Positions 1 to 10,595 of a stretch of 64,000 bases of DNA are shown one piece after another. The first letter of the stretch is position 1, and every line of letters begins with the position of its first letter. The stretch comes from an uncultured Gemmatimonadaceae bacterium. GTDB taxonomy: Bacteria > Gemmatimonadota > Gemmatimonadetes > Gemmatimonadales > Gemmatimonadaceae. Location: contig CAWHHI010000011.1 of NCBI GenBank assembly GCA_963829055.1, forward strand, positions 512,001-576,000. Direction: 5' to 3'. The notes under the pieces are model-generated. The model saw nothing but the letters and a program-made list of their open reading frames with translations. It was not told the origin of the DNA and ran no database searches. The translations under genes and the position numbers were made by a program.

Positions 1-1716
1 CCCGCCTAACGCGCCGAGGCGTTCGCCCATACCCGTCAGGCCGAGCCCGGGATCGCCCGTCAGGCCGCGACCGTCATCGCGTACCTCGAGGTCGAGCGCG
101 CCAGCCCGCTGCACGAGCACGATCGTCACCGACTGCGCGCGCGCGTGGCGCGCGACGTTCGACAGCGCTTCCTGCAGGGCGCGGAACAGCGCCAGCTCCG
201 CGTCCCGCGACAGTGGCGGCAACGCGCTCGGCGCCGTGAACGACATGACGATTCCGGTGCGTTCCCCGAATCCCTCGACCAGCGCGTGCAGCGCCGAGAG
301 CAATCCCAGCTCGTCGAGCAGTGGCGGACGGAGATCGCGCGCGATGCTCCGGATGCTCGCCATTCCCGTATCGACCAGATCGAGCACGCGATCCATCCGC
401 GGGGCGAGCGCGGGTTCGACGGACTCGCGCAACACGCCGAGCTGCAGCTTCACCGCCGCGAATGCCTGCGCCGTCTCGTCATGCAGCTCCAGCGAGATGC
501 GGCGTCGCTCTTCCTCGTGTTGCCGTACCATGCGCACCGAGAGCCGCTCGAGCTGACGGGTGCGTGCGGCCAACCGACTCGTCAGGTCCGCGTTCTCCAG
601 GGCCGCGCCGACCTGCCGGCCGAGCGTGCGCAGGAACTCCTGACCGAGCGCGGTGAACGGATCGCCCTCGTTCCCGACGATCACGAGCGCGCCGACGTGC
701 TCGGCGTCGCGGATGACGGGCAGCACCGCGAGGTACGCGAAGTCGTCGCAGGACTGATCGAACGGGTCGGGCCAGTCGCGCGCCACTTCGGGAGAGCCGG
801 AGCGCATGGCTTGGCGCATGGTCTCCCACGCGGGGCCGAGTGGGGCGCGCCCGCCCCAGCCGGCGCACGCGCCGACGCCGCGCACGAAGACTCCGGTCTT
901 CTCCGCCTCGGCGCCATTTCCGTTCGCGGTCGAATCGGTGGCTCGATCGGTCAGACATAACGCGGCCCCACGCACGCCGCCCAGCGCCAGCGGTCGAGCC
1001 AGCAGCGAGTCGATGACGTCCGGGCCAGGTTGCGTGGGCGACCCGCTCGCGGACTGAAGGTCACCCGACAGCGCCGAGAGCGTCGCGAGCCCGCGGCGAA
1101 GATCTTCGACGACGAGCATCAGGATGCCGGCGCCAAGCGCGAGGACGAAGCAGATGTCGAGATAGTAGCCCCACGGATTCCACGCGCCGCGAGCCCGAAG
1201 CAGTGGGTAGTCGAGGTGGTGCAGCCCCCAGAGCACGAGGACGCCGGCGACGAAGCCGGCTGCGCGCGATCCAGTACGGCGGTGATAGCGCCAGAACGTC
1301 AGGCCTGTCCAGAGTGTCGCCAGGCTGAGGAACAGCACGGCGGGCCCTGCGGCGAGAAAGAAGTTCGCGAGCCGATAGATGGCGACGTAGGACCAGAGCG
1401 GCGGGAACAACACGAGTGCGAGATACCACCGTCGCCACTCGACGCGCTGCGAGAACGCGAGCGCGGCCCCCAGAAGCGCGAGCGCCGTCCAGCCGGTGAG
1501 TACTTGATGGACGTAGAGCCAGGGCTCGGAGGCGGTCGTGAGGAACCCACAGATCGCGCCAATGCGGAGCACGTACAGCCCCCACGCGACTGCCCACCAG
1601 AGGAAGTACCGCTTGCGAAACTGGACGAACAGAAATGCGCACAACGCGGCGATGCCCAGGGTGATGACCGCCTGGAGCAACGCGGCATTCAGTTCACTGA
1701 GGGATGCGGGGCGCAT
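1..1716 (-). CDS. Membrane-bound sensor histidine kinase (HisKA_3 + HATPase_c, GAF-like segment); C-terminus runs off the window edge
   Basis: Manual translation: hydrophobic N-terminus MRPASLSELNAALLQAVITLGIAALCAFLF, H-box RRIALELHDETAQ, N-box QEALSNVARHA, G-boxes LEVRDDGRG and GLGLTGMGERL. ATG at 1716 is in the same frame as the C-terminal boxes; the middle was not checked codon by codon. Confidence 0.85.
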   Translation of the reverse strand, partial: MRPASLSELNAALLQAVITLGIAALCAFLFVQFRKRYFLWWAVAWGLYVLRIGAICGFLTTASEPWLYVHQVLTGWTALALLGAALAFSQRVEWRRWYLALVLFPPLWSYVAIYRLANFFLAAGPAVLFLSLATLWTGLTFWRYHRRTGSRAAGFVAGVLVLWGLHHLDYPLLRARGAWNPWGYYLDICFVLALGAGILMLVVEDLRRGLATLSALSGDLQSASGSPTQPGPDVIDSLLARPLALGGVRGAALCLTDRATDSTANGNGAEAEKTGVFVRGVGACAGWGGRAPLGPAWETMRQAMRSGSPEVARDWPDPFDQSCDDFAYLAVLPVIRDAEHVGALVIVGNEGDPFTALGQEFLRTLGRQVGAALENADLTSRLAARTRQLERLSVRMVRQHEEERRRISLELHDETAQAFAAVKLQLGVLRESVEPALAPRMDRVLDLVDTGMASIRSIARDLRPPLLDELGLLSALHALVEGFGERTGIVMSFTAPSALPPLSRDAELALFRALQEALSNVARHARAQSVTIVLVQRAGALDLEVRDDGRGLTGDPGLGLTGMGERLGALGG

Positions 1717-1723
1717 CACACAA

Positions 1724-1836
1724 AGCTATCAGCCATCGAGCCATCAGCCATCAGCTCCAGCAAGCACCAGCCAGCAACCAGCTTCAGTCCCCAGTCCGCC
1801 GAGTCCCCAGTCCCCAGTCCCCAGTCGCTAGTCCCC
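1724..1836. repeat. Short tandem heptamer repeats (AGCCATC-type and CCCCAGT-type)
   Basis: agctatc agccatc gagccatc agccatc ... agtcccc agtcccc agtcccc seen directly, overlapping the actP stop. Confidence 0.8.
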
Positions 1837-3423
1837 CGTCGTCCCCACGTGCATTCTGCGTTCGGTTGCCGCGAACCCGTCCGAGGCGACCTGATCGCGC
1901 TTCGCGAGAGAAACGAGAATGCCCACCGCGAATGACAGCGGGATCGTCACGAGCGCCGGATTCTTGAGCGGGAACCATGCGTCGGCATGCTTGAGCAGGT
2001 CCACCTGAATCGTCGGCGAGAACCAGATCAGGAGCAACGTCGTCACCGTGCCGATCACCATGCTCGAGACGACCCCTTCCGTCGTACACCGCTTCCAGAA
2101 AATCGACAGGACGAGCGCGGGAAAGTTGCCGCTCGCGGCGATCGCGAAGGCGAGCGAGACCATGTACGCCACGTTCTGCCCCTTGAACAGAATGCCGAGC
2201 AGCACCGCGATGACGTCCGAGCGCGACCGTCGCCACGCGCGCGACGCGGAGCTGTTCGCGCGCGTCAGCCTTGCCGTGGCGGAACACGTTGACCCACAGA
2301 TCGTGCGACAGCGCGGCCGCGCCGGAGAGCGTGAGCCCCGCCACCACCGCCAGGATCGTCGCGAACGCGACGGCGGCGATGAATCCGAGGAACGGCGTGC
2401 CGCCTAACACTTCCGCGAGCAACGGCGCCGCCATGTTGCCGCCCTTGTCCACCGCCTTGATGGCGTCCGGACCGACGAGCACCATCGCGCCGAAGCCGAG
2501 CACGAACGTCATCAGGTAGAACACGCCGATGAGGCCCGTCGCGTAGAACACCGACGTCCGCGCGGCGCGCGCGTCGGGTACCGTGTAGAAGCGCATCAGA
2601 ATGTGCGGCAGTCCGGCCGTGCCGAACATGAGCGCCATGCCTAACGAAATCGCATCCAGCGGCGCGGCGACGAGCTTGCCCGGCGCGAGGACGGCGTCGC
2701 CGTAGCGGTCCGCCGCCGCCGCGAACAGCGCGAGCGGATTCATCCCGAACTTCGCGAGCACCATGATGGCCAGAAGGCCGGCGCCGCCGAGCAGCAGGCC
2801 GGCTTTCACGATCTGCACCCACGTCGTCGCGATCATCCCGCCGAACAGCACGTACGCCAGCATCGCCGCGCCGACGATCACGATCGCCGTTTCGTACTGC
2901 AGACCGAACATGAGCCGGATCAATCCGCCGGCTCCGACCATCTGCGCGATCAGGTAGAAGATCACCGTCGACAGCGTTCCGATGGCCGCCGCGATGCGCA
3001 CCGGCGTCTGACTGCAGTCGAGCCGCGACAACATCGGCGAACGTGTACTTGCCGAGATTCCGCAGCGGCTCGGCGATCAGGAACAGGACGACTGGCCATC
3101 CGACGAGCCAGCCCGTCGAGTAGATGAGACCGTCGAACCCGGTGGTCGAGACGAGACCCGGCGATCCCCAGGAACGACGCCGCGCTCATGTAATCGCCCG
3201 CGAGCGCCATTCCGTTCTGCGCGGGCGTGATGGTTCGACCCGCCGCGTAGAAGTCCTCGGTGGTCCGCGTTCGTCGTGCGGCCCAGTACGTGATGCCGAG
3301 CGTGATCGCGATGAAAGCGAAGAAGAACACCATCGCGATGACGTTAGGCTCGCCGATCCGCGTCGTTACGGTGGCGCCCGCCGGCGCCTGTTGGGCCGCC
3401 TGGACGATCGTCATGACGGTCAT
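1828..3423 (-). CDS. actP: Cation/acetate symporter ActP (SSS family), three apparent frameshifts (~3157, ~3015, ~2215)
   Basis: Motifs [69 protein letters not shown] lie in successive frames; follows DUF485. Confidence 0.9.
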
Positions 3424-3701
3424 GTCGCTCGCCCCTCACGTCGCACGGCTTCGAGCCCGGCGTCGTAGTGCGTGTTCGCCCAGCGCACGTAGATCCACGT
3501 GAGCACCCACGACAGCACGATCACGAGCGCGCCGAGCAGCACGCCGACGCTGAGTCCCCGCGTCACGAGACGTCCCATGAGCGGCTTGTTGTACGCGATG
3601 AGCAGGATGAAACCGAAGTAGATGGCGACCATCACTGCCGTGAGGCTGATGGCGATGCGCCACCGCGTTTCCGCGAGCGACCGAAACCGCTGATCGGACA
3701 T
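3420..3701 (-). CDS. DUF485 (YjcH-like) inner membrane protein
   Basis: Two TM helices, [13 protein letters not shown] motif, 4-nt overlap with the actP start (conserved gene pair). Confidence 0.88.
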   Translation of the reverse strand: MSDQRFRSLAETRWRIAISLTAVMVAIYFGFILLIAYNKPLMGRLVTRGLSVGVLLGALVIVLSWVLTWIYVRWANTHYDAGLEAVRREGRAT

Positions 3702-3818
3702 GCGCCGCAATAGGATCGGGGGCCCAGCGAGGCTGGGAACGTGGACCGGGAACCGGACCCGGTGGTGAGCCGCCCGCAAACCTGCTTCCGGAAGGCGGAA
3801 GCAGCAACGGCGGGAAGT

Positions 3819-3931
3819 TGTCATCCCGAGAAGCGCAGCGACGAAGGAGGGACCTTCTGTGATGGCATCGAGCCGGCCACGAGCAATTCACAGAGGATCC
3901 CTCGCTGCGCTACGCTGCGCTCGGGATGACA
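3819..3931. repeat. REP-like palindromic element (TGTCATCCCGAG...CTCGGGATGACA family)
   Basis: Terminal inverted repeats seen directly; related copies elsewhere in the window. Confidence 0.85.
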
Positions 3932-3969
3932 CACCTCCTTCCCAGGGCCTCCTTCCTACGGCCTCGTTC

Positions 3970-4470
3970 CTATCCGCTACTCGGCGCCGGATCGATGATG
4001 GGTGTCAGCCCAAGCCATTTCCGCACGTAGCCCATCTGCCCCACGTGGTAGGCCTCGTGCAGCGAGAAGTACCCGATCGCCCCGCGCAGCGTCGCATCCG
4101 TCGTCGGCACCCGCGATGCCGGCGGTGCCGCCAGGTCGGTCTCGGTCAACACCGTCAGGCGCTGCACGAGGATATCCGACAGCTCCTCCCACACCGTGAC
4201 GATCTCCTGCGGCTTGGGGTAGAGTGACGCCGGACCGACCTTCGCCCCGGTATCGAACAGGCTCCCCCACGGGAACGCGTGCGGAACGCCGACGAGTGTC
4301 ACCAGACGGGTCCGGAAATGCGTTACGTGCCCAGCCAACCAGAGCAACGGATTCGACAACTCCCCCGGGCGCCGCATTGCCTCCTCAGCGTCTACCCCAT
4401 TCATCGCCTTACTGAACAGATTGGTCGTGATCCGAAACTGCTCCGCCACCGGCCCGATGCTCGCGTGCAT
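3970..4470 (-). CDS. DinB/YfiT family protein
   Basis: NPLLWLAGH and HEAYHVGQMGYVRK metal-binding His motifs; GGAG upstream of ATG 4470. Confidence 0.85.
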   Translation of the reverse strand: MHASIGPVAEQFRITTNLFSKAMNGVDAEEAMRRPGELSNPLLWLAGHVTHFRTRLVTLVGVPHAFPWGSLFDTGAKVGPASLYPKPQEIVTVWEELSDILVQRLTVLTETDLAAPPASRVPTTDATLRGAIGYFSLHEAYHVGQMGYVRKWLGLTPIIDPAPSSG

Positions 4471-4518
4471 GCGCACTCCGTCATGTGTTGCGTGTACCGT
4501 GTAACGTAGATTGACCCC

Positions 4519-4702
4519 TGGGGACTGGGGACTGAGGAACTGCGGCTGGTTGCTGGGTGGTCGTGCTGGTTGCTGGGTGACGCTGGGTGCGGCTGCGTGC
4601 AGCGAGCAGCGCGTGGTGTCCTAGGCGGTAATAGCAGCAGCGGGCAGCGTGCGGCCGCAGCATGCAGCCGTCGGCCGAGGTGCCCAGCGTCGCTGCAGCA
4701 GC
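4519..4702. repeat. Composite dispersed repeat (GGGGACT heptamers + GCTGGGTG units + ~45-bp core), intergenic copy
   Basis: Its reverse complement aligns by eye with 47057-47204; sub-units recur at 45891-46000 and 63560-63802. Confidence 0.8.
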
Positions 4703-4744
4703 TATCGGATGTGACTTCGCCCGCGCACCAGAAGTTGACTATCT

Positions 4745-5290
4745 GTGGATACCTCTGACGCCGCCGTAATTCGGCGAGTCCTGAACGGAGACGTCGAAGC
4801 GTACTCGATTCTCGTCGAGCGCTACTTCGACCATTACGTTCGCTTTGCCGTCCACCTCGTGGGCAACCGCGAGGATGCCGAAGAGGTCGTTCAGGACACC
4901 TTTCTTCGGGCGTACCGCGCACTCGGCCGCTACGAGGAACGGGAACGCTTCGGCGCCTGGCTGTTGCGCATCCTGGTGAACCGCGCGCGTACCGTGAGTG
5001 CCATGGGTCGCCGCCGGGAGAAGATGTTCCCGGACCAGGTCGACGACACCCTGCCCGAGGCAGCCGAGGCGCACCCGGCCGAGCGTGCGGCGCTCCGCGA
5101 AGAGGTGGCGCGAGCGCTCTCGCAGATCGGGACCGACCAGCGCGAGGCGTTCCTGCTCCATTACGTCGAAGGGCTGAGCTACGAAGAGATGGCCGCCGTG
5201 ACCGGTTCCGGGATATCGGCGCTCAAGATGCGAGTCAAGCGGTCGTGCGAACGACTGCGTGAGATCCTTCAGGGGGTGAATCGTGTTTGA
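4745..5290 (+). CDS. ECF RNA polymerase sigma-70 factor
   Basis: Region 2 DAEEVVQDTFLRAY...FGAWLLRILVN; region 4 REAFLLHYVEGLSYEEMA. Confidence 0.93.
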   Translation: MDTSDAAVIRRVLNGDVEAYSILVERYFDHYVRFAVHLVGNREDAEEVVQDTFLRAYRALGRYEERERFGAWLLRILVNRARTVSAMGRRREKMFPDQVDDTLPEAAEAHPAERAALREEVARALSQIGTDQREAFLLHYVEGLSYEEMAAVTGSGISALKMRVKRSCERLREILQGVNRV

Positions 5291-5932
5291 TCGTGTGCCG
5301 GCACCAGACCCGCTCGCGTCGCTCATCGACGAGCTCCGCGAGCCCGTTGTGGGCGACCCGGCGGCGAAGCGTCGGGTGATGGAGTTGGTTCGCGAATGCC
5401 CTGTCCCCGTCGCGACCGTCGGCGCTCGCGTACACGCGCTCCCGACGCGCTCCCGCGGCATTCGCCGCGATCCGCAAGCTGCGCGGCGAGCGGAGCGAAT
5501 TCCGACGCAGCGCGACCGCGAGCACGCTCGCGACCGCCGCCGGGATCGCCCTCCTCATGGCCGTCGGCAATCAGGACCGAGCGACGCCGCGCCTGACGCC
5601 CGCGCGCCGCGCCGTCATCATCGGCGATAGCGTTGCCTCCGTCGCGTCGGCGATCCGGGACACGCTTCGCATCGTCCAGTTCATCCTCACGGCACCTGCC
5701 GCGTCACGGGTGGCGCTCGCAGGCGACTTCAACGGCTGGGACACGCGCTCCGTACCGCTCACGCGCGAGACGCGAGACGGACGTTGGGCCGTCACGCTCG
5801 CGCTCGCGCCGGGCCGCCACCAATTACGCCTACGTCGTCGACGACACCCAGTGGGTGCGCGACCCCGTCGGCACGCCGGCCGAGCCTAACGAGCTGACGC
5901 CGCCGCGCTCGGTCGTCATCATCAACCGTTAG
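5283..5932 (+). CDS. Putative anti-sigma partner with C-terminal CBM48/AMPK-beta-like (isoamylase early set) domain, frameshifted
   Basis: Overlaps the sigma stop. VQFILTAPAASRVALAGDFNGWD...WAVTLALAPGRH, then YAYVVDDTQWVRDP in the next frame (~5822); at least one more shift near 5450-5550. Confidence 0.75.
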
Positions 5933-6353
5933 GCGCCGTCCGAGGTCCGCATCGTCGCGGAACGATTCCGGTCGGCGACGATCGCGGCTCCAACGGCAAC
6001 TGCCGATCACCGCGGAGGACTGCTTCGGTAAGCGTCTCAGACGAAGGGAGCGAGCGGATTCGTCTGATCAGGCGGATCGACTCCTCGAACGTGCAGGGCG
6101 CTACGGCAACGAGCGGAATTGAAGGAGGAACGGCCCCGGACATCGAATGCGATGCCGAGGCCGTTCCCAAAGAATCCCCGCCGCTTGCGTGACCAGCTGT
6201 CCCGGTCGCGATCGGATCAGGCCCTTTCAGTCGTTTCCGGCCTCTTCTCAAAACACCTTCGTTCTGGATGGTTGCCGAAGCAGTCCTCGGCGTCCTCCGT
6301 GAACTTGCTGTTGCCGTTGTCGTCGCATCGCACGACGCATTGCGGCGCGAGAA

Positions 6354-8795
6354 TCAGTCGCCCCGCAACGCGTCCGTCGGATCCACGTGGGCCGCGCGGC
6401 GTGCAGGCAGATAGCTCGCCGTGAACGCGACCGCCGTCACCAGCACCGTCACACCCACGAACGTGATCGGATCGCTGGCGCCAATGCCGTACAGCAGTCC
6501 GCGCATGGCACGCGTCGCCAGGAACCCAGCGACAATGCCCGAGGTGAGGCCCACCGCCGTCAGACGCATCCCTTCGCCGACGACCATACGCACCACCTGC
6601 GCCTCCTGCGCGCCTAACGCCCGGCGGATGCCGATTTCTCGTGAGCGCTCGGCGACGGCGTACGAGAGAACACCGTAGATCCCGACGGACGCCAGAACGA
6701 GCGCGAGCAACGCGAACGTGACGAGCAGCGCCATCGTGAACCGTCGTTGCGCGACGGAAGCAGCGATGAGCTGCTCCATCGTCGCCACCTCCGCCAGCGG
6801 TGTGCCATGCGCTGCCTCCCGAACGGCGGCGCGAACGCGGAGCCACCAGCGCGAGCGGATCCGTGCGCGCGCGCACGATCAGCGCAATGTCGTCCGAATT
6901 CTGCTGCGTATACGGCACGTACATCTCGGGCTTGGGCGTCACATCGAGCCCGGAATAGCTCACGTCGTCCACCACGCCGACGATCGTGCGCCACTCGTTT
7001 GACCCCGATTGCACGCGACGACCGAGCGCTCGGCCGTCTCCGAAATGCAGCTTGCGCGAACCGGCGATTCACCACGACGACCTTCGGCGACGTCTCGTCG
7101 TCCGAACGCGTTAGGCTCCGGCCCTCACGGACAGGAATACGCAACGTCTCGAAGTACCCCGGCGCGACGATGTAGAAACGCGCCTGCGGTTGCTGCTGGC
7201 CGGCGGGGGTGGGCTTCCCCTCGATCTCCAGACCAAAGAAGTCCTCGCGCTCGCTGAATGGTACGAGCGACGATGCGCTCACCGATGATACTCCAGGCAG
7301 GTGCGAGACGCGCTCGAGCAACGCGCTGTATAGCGCTCGCCGCGACGGCTCGTTCGGGTAGTCGCGTCCCGATGGGCGGAGACTCGCCGTGAGGACGCCG
7401 CGGGGCTCGAATCCTGGGCTCACAGCCATGAGCCGAGCGATGCTCCGCGTGAGCAGGCCAGCGGCGACGAGCAGGACCATCGCCAGGGCAACCTGCGCCA
7501 CGACGAGTCCCGATCGCGCGCGACGAGAGCGCCGATCGCTACTCGATCTGCGACCACCGTCGTTGAGCGCGCGTGCGAGGTCGACGCGCGACGCGCGCAC
7601 CGCCGGGACGATCCCGAACACGAGCCCGGTCAGCACCGACGCGACCATCGCGAACGCGAGCACGCGCGTGTCCACCCCAACGTCTGCGACTCGCGGGAAG
7701 CCCGCGGGCAGCATGCCGCGCAGCGCATCCGTCCCCCAGACGACCACGATCAATCCTAACGCGCCACCAAGGACCGCGAGCACCACACTTTCCGTCAGAG
7801 CCTGTGCGATGATCCTGCCGCGACCGGCGCCGAGCGCGGCGCGTACGGTGACCTCACGCTGCCGCCTGGTGGCACGCGCGAGCTGAAGGTTCGCGACGTT
7901 CGCACACGCGATGAGCAGCACGAGCGCGACCGCACCGAGAAGCGTGAGCAGCGCGGGCCGCACGGGAGCCGCGATCTGTTCAGGGAGCGGAATGATGGTC
8001 GACGTCCAGCCGACGTTGCTCGCTGGAAATGCCTGAGCCATGCGCCGCGACGTCTCGGTCGCTGCCGCACGAGCCTGAGACAGCGCCACCCCATCCCGGA
8101 GCCGCGCGATCACACCGAGGTATCGCCCGTCGCGCCTCGGATAGGCGGGGTCGATCACGTGCGGCACCCAGAATTCCGGTCTTCACTTTCGTGAGGATCG
8201 GGTACATCGACGGCAGCGGGAAGCGGAACGACTCGGGCATGACGCCGACGACCGTGAGCCGCTCGCCGTCGATCTCGACCGGCTTTCCGAGAATGTCGGT
8301 GGCGCCGCCGAAGCGTCGCTGCCAGAGGTCGTGCGACAGCAACACCACACCGGGCCGACCCGGCTGCTCCTCCTGCGGGGTGAAGCCGCGGCCGACAACG
8401 GGCCGGACGCCGAGCGTCGTCAGCAGCGACGGCGTGAGCTCCGCGCCCCAGAGCTGCTCCGCATCGCCGTCGCCGCCGAACGTCGACGACCGATAGCGAA
8501 ACGCACCGGCGTCGCTGAACACAGCGCGGTCCGCCCGGTAGTCGGTGAAGTTGCCGGGCGACGTCGGGATGTGCGTCACCCCGAAGTCCATCGCCGGATT
8601 GTCTTCCCAGATCATGACCAGACGATCCGGCGCCTGGTACGGCAGCGGCCGCAGGATGACGCCGTTCACGACGCTGAAGATGGCCGTGTTGGCGCCGATA
8701 CCTAACGCGAGCGTGATCACCACGGCGGCGGTGAACGTCGGGGCTCGCCGCAACGAGCGGAGCGTCGCGCGGAGATCGTGCAACAGCGAATCCAT
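6354..8795 (-). CDS. Duplicated MacB/FtsX-like ABC transporter permease (ADOP type), frameshifts near 8165, 7010 and 6800
   Basis: TLALGIGANTAIFSVVNGVILRPLPY, VLLIACANVANL, GIYGVLSYAV...REIGIRRALGA, PARRAAHVDP motifs in successive frames. Confidence 0.9.
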
Positions 8796-8971
8796 GGGGT
8801 GTGCTCTCGATTGTGGCAGCCACGCCCAAGGGAAGATGCATGCCTCGTTGATGAAGTCGGCAACCCGTTGTCCCACAGCGGCTTGCGACTGAGACACGGG
8901 CGGTCGCTTTGATCGTTTCCGAACAGGTCATCCCACTGCCGAACAGAGGACCGATCCTTGCGCGACGCGCG

Positions 8972-9481
8972 ATGCACATTGGCGTCGTCGCTAACTTCAC
9001 CGGTCCCTCCAACGTGTCTCCCGACGGTCGATCGAGCTCCGGCAATACTCGCGTCCTCATCATTGCGACCGACCCAATGGTCGCTGCACTCGTCGGGCTC
9101 CTGCTCGACCCCGACCGATACGACCCGCTGTTTCCGCACGCCGAAGAACGGCCAGAAGACGCACTCGCGCGCGTCAGGCCACCGCTGGTGCTCGTGCTGG
9201 ACTGCGACCTGGACGCCGCCCACTCCGACCTGTTTTACGCACGCACCGCGAAGACACGAGCGACTGTTGTCCTGTTCGGACCACCAGGCAGTCGCGACAC
9301 CGTCGTCGAGCTCGCGCAGCTCCGAGGCGTCCCGTACGTGTACCTCCCTACCGACCGCGCGGCGCTCACGGAAGCGATTCAGACAGCCATCGTGCACGCG
9401 ATGAGCGCCGGTGTCTGGAGTATTGCGGCTCCGTTTTTCCTGGGCGCGCTCGCATTCTCGAGGCTCGTGGCCGCGTCCTGA
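8972..9481 (+). CDS. Hypothetical protein, degenerate receiver (CheY-like) fold with hydrophobic C-terminus
   Basis: RVLIIATDP...RPPLVLVLDCD...YVYLPTD pattern resembles a REC domain; start uncertain (8909-9016). Confidence 0.5.
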   Translation: MHIGVVANFTGPSNVSPDGRSSSGNTRVLIIATDPMVAALVGLLLDPDRYDPLFPHAEERPEDALARVRPPLVLVLDCDLDAAHSDLFYARTAKTRATVVLFGPPGSRDTVVELAQLRGVPYVYLPTDRAALTEAIQTAIVHAMSAGVWSIAAPFFLGALAFSRLVAAS

Positions 9482-9554
9482 TTCATTGTCTCGGCCGCGC
9501 ACTGCCAGCAGCGCTTGGCGTCGCCGCGCCTCTCCGCCACATCCTTTGTCACAT

Positions 9555-10595
9555 ATGACACCGGTGACACTCGCCGCGCCTCGCGACGACGATGAGCTCG
9601 AGGAACTCCTCTCGCGCCCGGCGCCGGCCGTCATCGACGCACTGCGTCGCGCGCCCGGTGACGTCATCATCCTCGGCGCCGGCGGCAAGATGGGACCGTC
9701 GCTCGCCACGATGGTACGACGCGCGGCCGACGCCCTCGATGACGGTCGAGACGTCACTGCCGTCTCTCGCTTCTCATCGCCTGACGCGGCTACGCGGCTC
9801 GAGCACGCAGGCATCCGCGTCGTGCGAGCCGAGCTCGGCGATCGTGACGCCATCGCGCGCCTGCCTGACGCGGCGAACGTCATCTACATGGCGGGGCAGA
9901 AATTCGGGACGCGTGATCTGCCGTCGCTCACGTGGGCGGTGAACACGCTCGTGCCCGCAATGGTCGCCGAGCGCTATGCATCGTCACGCATCGTCGCGTT
10001 TTCCACGGGGAACGTGTACCCGCTATCGCCGGCCAGCGGCACGGGGTCGCGCGAAAGCGACGCACTCACGCCCGTCGGTGAATACGCGAACTCGTGCGTC
10101 GGACGCGAGCGCGTCCTCGAGCACATATCGCGCACGCGCGGAACACCGATGTCGATCATTCGACTCAATTACGCGGTCGACCTGCGCTACGGCGTGCTCG
10201 TGGACATTGCGCAGCACATAGCCGCCGGTGAGCCCGTGCGGGTCGACATGGGATACGTGAACGTGATCTGGCAGGGTGATGCGAATGCGCAGGCCATCCG
10301 CGCCCTCGAGCTCGCCGCCTCGCCGCCGTTCGTGGTGAACGTCACCGGACCCGAACGACTCTCGGTTCGCGAAACCGCCGCGAAGCTCGGTGCGCTGCTC
10401 GGTGTTACTCCGCGCACCGAGGGCACCGAGGCGCCAGACGCGCTGCTCAGTGACACGTCGCTCGCGCAATCGCGCTTCGGACCGCCCGACGTCTCGACGG
10501 ACCAGCTCATCGAGTGGGTCGCCTCATGGGTCGCGCGCGGCGGAACTCGACTGGGCAAGGCGACGAAGTTCGAGGTGCGCGATGGTCGCTACTAA
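9555..10595 (+). CDS. NAD-dependent epimerase/dehydratase family protein
   Basis: IILGAGGKMG Rossmann motif, FSTGNVY, RLNYAVDLRYGVLVD. Confidence 0.88.
   Translation: MTPVTLAAPRDDDELEELLSRPAPAVIDALRRAPGDVIILGAGGKMGPSLATMVRRAADALDDGRDVTAVSRFSSPDAATRLEHAGIRVVRAELGDRDAIARLPDAANVIYMAGQKFGTRDLPSLTWAVNTLVPAMVAERYASSRIVAFSTGNVYPLSPASGTGSRESDALTPVGEYANSCVGRERVLEHISRTRGTPMSIIRLNYAVDLRYGVLVDIAQHIAAGEPVRVDMGYVNVIWQGDANAQAIRALELAASPPFVVNVTGPERLSVRETAAKLGALLGVTPRTEGTEAPDALLSDTSLAQSRFGPPDVSTDQLIEWVASWVARGGTRLGKATKFEVRDGRY

Noticed and set aside
145..1935. Long plus-strand ORFs 145-960 and 1030-1935
   Set aside because: Antisense shadows of the minus-strand histidine kinase; Arg-rich, no motifs. The same applies to most overlapping ORFs in the track.
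5884..5934. GCCTAAC...GTTAGGC pair resembling an integron attC site (the iterated motif equals the RYYYAAC/GTTRRRY core)
   Set aside because: Only 51 bp, weak internal pairing, lies within a coding end. No integrase, no cassette array, and most motif copies are unpaired inside ordinary genes.
5935..6350. ORFs 5922-6251 (-) and 6119-6424 (+) between convergent genes
   Set aside because: No recognisable motif, RBS or convincing composition; left unannotated.
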